Sequence record: MW630116.1
DNA length: 64,000 bases
From: Escherichia phage vB_EcoM-ZQ3
Reading direction: 5' to 3' (one strand)
This document shows positions 57,718 through 64,000 of the stretch, piece after piece. A model generated the notes under the pieces. That model was not told where the DNA came from. It ran no database searches and saw nothing but the letters and a program-made list of their open reading frames with translations. The translations under genes were made by a program, and so were the position numbers. How positions within the stretch are numbered: position 1 is the first letter of the stretch; each line of letters begins with the position of its first letter.

Positions 57718-58033
57718 TATTAAACCGGTTGATGAGGCCGGTTTATCTGAACAAGAATTAGCAGTAAAACACGATAAAGATGATATCGCTAAATTGCTTG
57801 ACCGACAAGAAAACGGATTCATTATCGAATCCATGGTTGAACAATTTGGTATGTCTTATTTAGAAGCAACAACTGCTTTCTTGGAAGAAAATTCTATTCC
57901 AGAAACACAATTTGCTAAATTTATTCCTACAGGAATTGTTGAAAAAATTACAAGCGAAGCAATTGACGAAAACATGCTTCGCCCATCAGTTGCTCGTGGT
58001 GAAAAAACTAATACGTTAGATTTCTTATTATGA
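57695..58033 (+). CDS. 33: late transcription co-activator gp33
   Basis: 112 aa, size and synteny. Confidence 0.8.
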   Translation: MTQFSLSDIKPVDEAGLSEQELAVKHDKDDIAKLLDRQENGFIIESMVEQFGMSYLEATTAFLEENSIPETQFAKFIPTGIVEKITSEAIDENMLRPSVARGEKTNTLDFLL

Positions 58034-58683
58034 TTAAAATACGCATGCCTCCTGATGGAGAACGTTATATTAACGGAAAATCGGTATACAAACTATACTT
58101 GATGTGCAAACAACATTTTAATGGTCGGTATGACGTAATCAAATATAACTGGTGCATGCGTGTTTCGGATAATGCGTATCAAAAACGCCGAGATAAATAT
58201 TTCTTTGAAAAGCTAGCAGAGAAATATAAATTGAAGGAACTCACCTTGATATTCATCAGTAACTTAGTTGCTAACCAAGATGCATGGATTGGTGAGATAT
58301 CAGACGCTGATGCATTAGTTTTCTATAGGGAATATATTGGACGTCTCAAACAAGCCAAGGAGACGTTTGCTGAAGATGTACGTAACATCTACTATTTCAG
58401 TAAGAAAGTTGAAGTTAGCGCGCTTCAAGAGATATTTGATTATAATAACAACGTTCAGTCGAGCTACATATTCAAATTGCTACAAAGCAATATAATTTCA
58501 TTTGAGACTTTCTTATTGTTGGACTCATTTTTGAATATTATAGATAAGCACGACGAACTTACTGACAATTTAGTCTGGCAAAATTATTCTACCAAATTAA
58601 AGGCATATCGAAAAATACTCCAAATCGATGGAAATGCTGCTAAGAAATTGTTCATAGAAACAATCAAATCATGTAAGTATTAA
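58030..58683 (+). CDS. 59: helicase loader gp59
   Basis: 217 aa, size and synteny. Confidence 0.88.
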   Translation: MIKIRMPPDGERYINGKSVYKLYLMCKQHFNGRYDVIKYNWCMRVSDNAYQKRRDKYFFEKLAEKYKLKELTLIFISNLVANQDAWIGEISDADALVFYREYIGRLKQAKETFAEDVRNIYYFSKKVEVSALQEIFDYNNNVQSSYIFKLLQSNIISFETFLLLDSFLNIIDKHDELTDNLVWQNYSTKLKAYRKILQIDGNAAKKLFIETIKSCKY

Positions 58684-58707
58684 GCTTTATTTCTTGTGTG
58701 TTAAAAT
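58681..58707 (+). promoter_or_regulatory. putative MotA-dependent middle promoter for gene 32
   Basis: taaGCTTTA, 12-nt gap, TAAAAT; a TATAAATA at 58713-58720 may be an additional late promoter. Confidence 0.4.
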
Positions 58708-58730
58708 TACTTTATAAATAAATCATACCA

Positions 58731-58797
58731 GCTACGAGGTATAAGTGTCGTAGCAACCAACTGTAAAATTTAATTAATCTAAATAAAGGCAAATAAA
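58731..58797 (+). promoter_or_regulatory. gene 32 autoregulatory leader (structured element plus A/U-rich unstructured tract)
   Basis: gctacga...tcgtagc stem followed by aatttaattaatctaaataaaggcaaataaa before the ATG. Confidence 0.5.
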
Positions 58798-59700
58798 ATG
58801 TTTAAACGTAAAAGTACCGCAGACCTCGCAGCTCAGATGGCTAAACTGAATGGTAACAAAGGTTTCTCTTCAGAAGATAAAGGTGAATGGAAGCTGAAAC
58901 TCGATGCGTCCGGTAATGGTCAAGCGGTAATTCGTTTCCTGCCGGCAAAAACAGATGACGCACTTCCGTTTGCAATTCTTGTTAACCACGGGTTCAAGAA
59001 AAATGGTAAATGGTATATTGAAACCTGTTCATCTACACACGGCGATTACGACTCTTGTCCGGTATGTCAGTACATTAGTAAAAATGACCTGTACAATACA
59101 AACAAAACAGAATATTCTCAACTGAAACGTAAAACTTCTTATTGGGCTAATATCCTGGTTGTTAAAGACCCACAAGCTCCAGATAATGAAGGTAAAGTAT
59201 TCAAATACCGTTTCGGTAAAAAGATTTGGGACAAAATCAATGCAATGATTGCAGTCGATACTGAAATGGGTGAAACTCCTGTTGATGTAACTTGCCCATG
59301 GGAAGGTGCTAACTTTGTGCTGAAAGTTAAACAGGTTTCTGGTTTCAGTAACTATGACGAATCTAAATTCCTGAATCAATCTGCGATTCCAAACATTGAT
59401 GATGAATCTTTCCAGAAAGAATTGTTCGAACAAATGGTTGACCTTTCTGAAATGACTTCTAAAGATAAGTTCAAATCGTTTGAAGAATTGAATACTAAAT
59501 TTACTCAAGTTCTTGGTACTGCCGTTCTTGGTGGTGCAGCAGCTGCCGCAGCTTCTGTTGCAGATAAAGTTGCTTCTGACCTCGACGATTTTGATAAAGA
59601 CATGGAAGCCTTTAGTTCTGCAAAAACTGAAGATGACTTCATGAGCTCTACCTCATCCTCTGATGATGGCGACCTCGATGACCTGTTAGCTGGTCTATAA
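58798..59700 (+). CDS. 32: ssDNA-binding protein gp32
   Basis: 300 aa; [36 protein letters not shown] matches recalled T4 gp32; acidic C-terminus. Confidence 0.95.
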   Translation: MFKRKSTADLAAQMAKLNGNKGFSSEDKGEWKLKLDASGNGQAVIRFLPAKTDDALPFAILVNHGFKKNGKWYIETCSSTHGDYDSCPVCQYISKNDLYNTNKTEYSQLKRKTSYWANILVVKDPQAPDNEGKVFKYRFGKKIWDKINAMIAVDTEMGETPVDVTCPWEGANFVLKVKQVSGFSNYDESKFLNQSAIPNIDDESFQKELFEQMVDLSEMTSKDKFKSFEELNTKFTQVLGTAVLGGAAAAAASVADKVASDLDDFDKDMEAFSSAKTEDDFMSSTSSSDDGDLDDLLAGL

Positions 59701-59706
59701 TAAATT

Positions 59707-59729
59707 GGGAGACTTCGGTCTCCCTTTTG
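59707..59729 (+). terminator. rho-independent terminator
   Basis: gggagac-ttcg-gtctccc followed by TTTT. Confidence 0.8.
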
Positions 59730-59756
59730 AGTATCTGTAAATTGCCAAAAAAGATG

Positions 59757-59784
59757 TTTACTTCTTCCCTAGATGTGATATTAT
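59757..59784 (+). promoter_or_regulatory. T4-type early promoter
   Basis: GTTTAC ... TATTAT then tagttctatcaac leader. Confidence 0.45.
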
Positions 59785-59813
59785 AGTTCTATCAACAACA
59801 TGAGGAAATCAAA

Positions 59814-60218
59814 ATGGAAATCGGAAAATCTTATATCATTAACCCTTTGTTTAAAGACGACTTTGTTCAAGAAGCACCACACAATAACGCTAAGATGTTA
59901 AAATTGATTGAACTCCACGGGCCTAGTTTTGTTGTAAACGGAATGGAACCTGATTATGATGGCGATACGCCAAACGTAGTAAGTGTAACTATGGAAGATG
60001 GTACTGTATGTTCTGCCGGTGGTGAAATTGAAACTTATTTTGAGATTTATCCTGACGAGTTCAAATACTTTATTGAGTACTTTACTGAGGTAACTTTAGA
60101 AAAGCCTCAACCTACTAACGAAGGTATAACTTTAGGTGTAACAAAAATCCATTGTATCGTAGATGAAACCAACGTCGACGAAATCATCAAACTTTTGCAA
60201 AAAACTTTTAAAAAGTAG
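59814..60218 (+). CDS. hypothetical protein
   Basis: 134 aa with RBS gagga. Confidence 0.6.
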   Translation: MEIGKSYIINPLFKDDFVQEAPHNNAKMLKLIELHGPSFVVNGMEPDYDGDTPNVVSVTMEDGTVCSAGGEIETYFEIYPDEFKYFIEYFTEVTLEKPQPTNEGITLGVTKIHCIVDETNVDEIIKLLQKTFKK

Positions 60219-60247
60219 TGTACAATCAGATAGGGTTATGTTATAGT
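60218..60247 (+). promoter_or_regulatory. T4-type early promoter
   Basis: GTGTAC, 18-nt spacer, TATAGT. Confidence 0.45.
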
Positions 60248-60279
60248 AGTCCTATCAAATAAAAGTGAAGGAGAATAAA

Positions 60280-60528
60280 ATGAGATTGCAACGCCAGAGC
60301 ATCAAAGATTCGGAAGTTAGAGGTAAATGGTACTTCAACATTGTCGGTAAAGACGCTGAACTCCTTGAACAAGCCGAAGAAGCTTTACGTGAAATGGGTT
60401 GGAACGAAGAATGCGATGGATGTCCACTCTACGAAGATGGTGAAAGTGCAGGATTCTGGATTTATCATTCTGACGTCGATCAGTTTAAAGCTGATTGGAA
60501 AGTTGTTAAGAAAAATCTGAGGAAATAA
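60280..60528 (+). CDS. hypothetical small protein
   Basis: 82 aa from ATG 60280 (RBS gaaggaga). Confidence 0.55.
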   Translation: MRLQRQSIKDSEVRGKWYFNIVGKDAELLEQAEEALREMGWNEECDGCPLYEDGESAGFWIYHSDVDQFKADWKVVKKNLRK

Positions 60529-60530
60529 TT

Positions 60531-60779
60531 ATGAATGTTGTTGTTGAATACTCTCAAGGCGCTGATGTCGGATATGAAGTTTATACTTCAGTTAATTTAG
60601 ACCATCCGGATTTGGCCGAATTCATTGGCGACGCATTTGATTTGTCTGGGCGATACACAACAAAACCTCGCGTTTGTGTTATAACATTTGACCCGACCGA
60701 CGGCTGTCAAATCCAGACTGATTTGGTTTCTTCTAAATCACAAATCCAAAAAGTTATTAAAGGACTTAAAAATGCTTAA
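60531..60779 (+). CDS. hypothetical small protein
   Basis: 82 aa; overlaps the frd start by 8 nt. Confidence 0.55.
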   Translation: MNVVVEYSQGADVGYEVYTSVNLDHPDLAEFIGDAFDLSGRYTTKPRVCVITFDPTDGCQIQTDLVSSKSQIQKVIKGLKNA

Positions 60780-61359
60780 ATTAGTATTCGCATGTGCTCC
60801 GACTAAAACAGTTGATGATAAGCTGGAATATGCTTTTGGATTAGGTGATGGACTTCCATGGAAGCATATCAAACAAGATATGAGTAACTTTGTTGCTCGC
60901 ACTAAAAACACTGTAATGGTTATGGGTGCTAAGACTTTTGCATCATTACCTCGTCTACTACCAGATCGCACTCATGTGGTTGTCACTGATATGGCCAGAA
61001 AACTGCCTAGGACTAAAACCAACGAACTTGCACGGTTCTATATCACCCAATCTGAATTTATTACCTTGGTAACAGGTGGTGAAATTAACCTGTTTAGACC
61101 TGCAACTGACGTACCGTTTAAACTTTCTACTGAACATGTTAATGTCTCGGTTATTGGTGGTCCTGCTTTATTAAAACAAGCACTGCCTTATGCCGATGAA
61201 ATCGTGATGACTAAAATCATTAAGAAATGTCGTGTTAATTCCGATGTTCAACTTGATAAAGATTTCGTCCAAGATATTATGCTTCAACGTTCTATGGTAG
61301 AATCTCATTACTACAGAATCGATGAACTCACCGAAATTACTGAGAGCGTTTATAAATGA
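60772..61359 (+). CDS. frd: dihydrofolate reductase
   Basis: 195 aa from ATG 60772; FGLGDGLPW and VMGAKTF motifs match recalled T4 Frd. Confidence 0.88.
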   Translation: MLKLVFACAPTKTVDDKLEYAFGLGDGLPWKHIKQDMSNFVARTKNTVMVMGAKTFASLPRLLPDRTHVVVTDMARKLPRTKTNELARFYITQSEFITLVTGGEINLFRPATDVPFKLSTEHVNVSVIGGPALLKQALPYADEIVMTKIIKKCRVNSDVQLDKDFVQDIMLQRSMVESHYYRIDELTEITESVYK

Positions 61360-62216
61360 AACAATACCAATACCTAATTAAAGATATCTTAGAAAATGGC
61401 TACGAAACAGACGACCGTACAGGTACCGGCACTATTGCCCTGTTCGGAACTAAATTACGTTGGGATCTGACTAAAGGATTCCCTGCGGTAACAACTAAGA
61501 AATTAGCATGGAAAGCTTGTATTGCCGAGTTACTGTGGTTCATGTCCGGTTCTACTAATGTTAACGAATTACGTCTTCGTACCCATGGTAGTCTAATTGA
61601 AGGTAAAACTATTTGGGACGATAATTACGAAAATCAGGCAAAAGACCTTGGGTACCATAGCGGTGAACTTGGTCCTATATATGGTAAACAATGGCGTGAT
61701 TTCGGCGGTGTAGACCAATTAGTTGAAACAATCGACCGTATTAAAAAATTACCAACTGATCGTCGTCAAATTGTTTCTGCCTGGAATCCAGCTGAAATAA
61801 ATCAAATGGCACTTCCTCCTTGCCATATGTTCTACCAGTTCAATGTGCGTAATGGTCATCTTGATTTACAATGGTATCAACGCAGTGTAGATGTTTTCTT
61901 GGGCCTGCCGTTCAACATTGCCTCGTACGCTGCCTTGACGCATATTGTAGCGAAGATGTGTAACCTTATCCCAGGTGATTTAGTGTTCTCAGGCGGCAAC
62001 ACGCATATCTACAGCAATCATGTAGAACAATGCAAAGAAGTTCTTCGTCGTGAACCTAAAGAGTTGTGTGAATTAGTTATTAACGGATTACCATACAAAT
62101 TTAGACATCTATCAACCGAAGAACAAATCGAATATGTATTAAAACTTCGTCCTAAAGACTTTATTCTTAAAAATTACGAATCACATCCAGCTATCAAAGC
62201 TAAAATGGCGGTATAA
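61356..62216 (+). CDS. td: thymidylate synthase, uninterrupted
   Basis: 286 aa continuous ORF; PPCHMFYQF active-site motif; ATGA overlap with frd. Confidence 0.93.
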   Translation: MKQYQYLIKDILENGYETDDRTGTGTIALFGTKLRWDLTKGFPAVTTKKLAWKACIAELLWFMSGSTNVNELRLRTHGSLIEGKTIWDDNYENQAKDLGYHSGELGPIYGKQWRDFGGVDQLVETIDRIKKLPTDRRQIVSAWNPAEINQMALPPCHMFYQFNVRNGHLDLQWYQRSVDVFLGLPFNIASYAALTHIVAKMCNLIPGDLVFSGGNTHIYSNHVEQCKEVLRREPKELCELVINGLPYKFRHLSTEEQIEYVLKLRPKDFILKNYESHPAIKAKMAV

Positions 62217-62217
62217 A

Positions 62218-62472
62218 ATGATTTTACGTTTTATTAATTCATATGGCACCACAATTTTTGAAATGAAAAATCCTACAGAACTAGATATCCCTTCGCCAAA
62301 TAGTGAAATCACAGTTAAAGGTGAACGATTCATTTGCTATTCACATGAACGAATTTATGACTATCGTGAATTTTGTGGTGGTTACGGTATAGAAAAAGAA
62401 CCGTTGGTTTATTTCGATATCACAGTCTTGACACCTAAAGAATACGAAGAAATTATTGCTGAGGATAATTAA
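62218..62472 (+). CDS. hypothetical small protein
   Basis: 84-aa ORF between td and nrdA. Confidence 0.55.
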   Translation: MILRFINSYGTTIFEMKNPTELDIPSPNSEITVKGERFICYSHERIYDYREFCGGYGIEKEPLVYFDITVLTPKEYEEIIAEDN

Positions 62473-62496
62473 CGCTTCAGTTTAAAAGTGTATAAT
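62471..62496 (+). promoter_or_regulatory. putative MotA-dependent middle promoter for nrdA, followed by a leader hairpin (62502-62523)
   Basis: aacGCTTCA box, 11-nt gap, TATAAT 62491-62496. Confidence 0.4.
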
Positions 62497-62559
62497 AAAT
62501 TAACGGGATAAATACTATCCCGTTTGGAGTAATGTCTATCAACCTATACTGAGGACTAT

Positions 62560-63984
62560 ATGCAAGTAACTAAGAGCAGTGGTGTATCCCAAAATTTTGA
62601 TGCACAGAAAATTATTCAAGTCTTAACTTGGCAATGTGAAGGAACACAAATTGACCCATATGAATTGTACGAAGAAATTAAGACCCATCTTGTTGACGGG
62701 ATGAGCACCAAAGATATCCAGAAGATTTGTATTAAAGTTGCAGCTAACTCGATTTCTGTCGAAGAACCTGATTATCAGTATGTCGCCGCCAAAGGGCTAA
62801 TGTTTGCACTCCGTAAAGATGTATACGGACAGTTTGAACCGCCTGCTTTTATCGACCATATTTCTTATTGTGTTAATGAAGGCAAATACGACCCTGAGCT
62901 GTTGTCTCAATATTCAGCAGAAGAAATCATTTATCTCGATTCACAGATTAAACATGAACGAGACTTTGACCTGACTTATGCTGGTGCTATGCAGCTTAAA
63001 GAAAAATATCTAGTTAAAGATAAAACAACTGGGAAGATTTATGAAACTCCACAGTTTGCTATCATGGCTATTGGTATGGCCTTACATCAAGACGAAACTC
63101 ATGACCGTTTGAAACATATTATTCGTTTTTATGATGCCGTTTCTACTCATCAAGTTTCATTGCCTACCCCAATTATGGCAGGTGCTCGTACTCCGACTCG
63201 CCAGTTCTCTAGTTGTGTAGTTATTGAAGCAGGTGATTCGTTAAAATCTATTAACAAAACTTCAGCATCAATTATTGAATATATTTCTAAACGAGCTGGT
63301 ATCGGTATCAACGTTGGTATGCTTCGTGCAGAAGGTTCTAAGATTGGTATGGGTGAAGTTCGACATACAGGTGTTATTCCATTCTGGAAACATTTCCAAA
63401 CTGCAGTAAAATCTTGTTCTCAAGGTGGTATTCGCGGTGGTGCTGCTACAGCGTATTATCCGATGTGGCACTTAGAAGTAGAGAACCTATTAGTTCTGAA
63501 AAATAACAAAGGTGTGGATGAAAACCGTATTCGACATATGGACTACGGAATTCAGATTAATGACCTTATGATGGAACGCCTTGGTAAAAATGATTATATT
63601 ACTTTATTTAGCCCTCACGAAATGTCAGGCGAACTATACTACTCGTTCTTTGAAGATCAAGATAAATTCCGTGAGCTTTATGAGAAAGCTGAAAAAGACC
63701 CGGCAATCAGAAAGAAAAGAATCAAAGCACTAGAACTCTTTGAATTGTTCATGACTGAACGTTCTGGCACTGCTCGAATTTATCCACAGTTTGTTGATAA
63801 CACGAATAACTACACTCCATTTATTCGTGAAAAAGCTCCAATTCGTCAGAGTAACTTATGTTGTGAAATCGCTATTCCAACTAATGATGTGAATAGCCAA
63901 CAAACCCGTTTAATCAAAATTAAGAAGTCGGATGTAGCTAAGTTTTATGAAGCTAATCCTGGCGGTATAATTCAAAGCAAATAA
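62560..63984 (+). CDS. nrdA: ribonucleotide reductase large subunit NrdA, N-terminal 474 codons; frame stops shortly after the catalytic NLCCEI motif
   Basis: ATP-cone N-terminus; NLCCEI active-site motif about 34 codons before the stop; a full class Ia alpha subunit is about 750 aa. Confidence 0.8.
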   Translation: MQVTKSSGVSQNFDAQKIIQVLTWQCEGTQIDPYELYEEIKTHLVDGMSTKDIQKICIKVAANSISVEEPDYQYVAAKGLMFALRKDVYGQFEPPAFIDHISYCVNEGKYDPELLSQYSAEEIIYLDSQIKHERDFDLTYAGAMQLKEKYLVKDKTTGKIYETPQFAIMAIGMALHQDETHDRLKHIIRFYDAVSTHQVSLPTPIMAGARTPTRQFSSCVVIEAGDSLKSINKTSASIIEYISKRAGIGINVGMLRAEGSKIGMGEVRHTGVIPFWKHFQTAVKSCSQGGIRGGAATAYYPMWHLEVENLLVLKNNKGVDENRIRHMDYGIQINDLMMERLGKNDYITLFSPHEMSGELYYSFFEDQDKFRELYEKAEKDPAIRKKRIKALELFELFMTERSGTARIYPQFVDNTNNYTPFIREKAPIRQSNLCCEIAIPTNDVNSQQTRLIKIKKSDVAKFYEANPGGIIQSK

Positions 63985-64000
63985 AGTACACAGACCGTTA

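Noticed and set aside
1-64000. CRISPR arrays, tRNA or rRNA genes, integrases, transposases and homing-endonuclease genes
   Set aside because: No direct repeat-spacer arrays, no cloverleaf-like tRNA candidates, and no GIY-YIG/HNH or recombinase motifs were found by eye

Overview
This 64-kb window reads as a contiguous segment of a T4-like (Tevenvirinae) phage genome, in reverse T4 map orientation. From memory the DNA polymerase and several other proteins look like Escherichia phage RB69 or a very close relative, but I cannot verify that without a database search. Gene order on the + strand: 47(partial)-46-45-44-62-regA-43, then a non-T4 cassette, then uvsX-40-41-dmd-imm-like-sp-61-56-soc-mod-srd-dda-dexA-39(fused)-GT-like ORF-rIIA-rIIB-ndd-52-motA-asiA. 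The late genes t-38-37-36-35-34 are on the - strand, followed on + by rnh-dsbA-33-59-32-frd-td-nrdA(interrupted). Most genes are tightly packed, often with ATGA/TAATG start-stop overlaps, and are punctuated by T4-type early promoters (GTTTAC/GTGTAC ... TATAAT/TATAGT), Mot-box middle promoters, TATAAATA late promoters and ttcg-tetraloop terminators. The most interesting content is the cassette at 9017-15570 between gene 43 and uvsX, where T4 carries imm-42-beta-gt. It encodes a KdsD/GutQ-like arabinose-5-phosphate isomerase, a fused kinase/sugar-1-phosphate nucleotidyltransferase, a HAD phosphatase, a Cys-rich enzyme, a divergent thymidylate-synthase-fold enzyme, a 299-aa unknown and a P-loop kinase. 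Together with an unlinked GT-B-like ORF (34620-35720) this looks like a phage-encoded NDP-pentose (arabinose) pathway for sugar hypermodification of hydroxymethylated DNA. Other points: three tandem paralogous early genes with duplicated promoters, a clustered lipoprotein/Imm-like/Spackle module, an intron-less td, a fused topoisomerase gene 39, and an nrdA reading frame that stops just after the catalytic NLCCEI motif at the window edge. All functional calls rest on motif recognition and recalled homology, not on searches.
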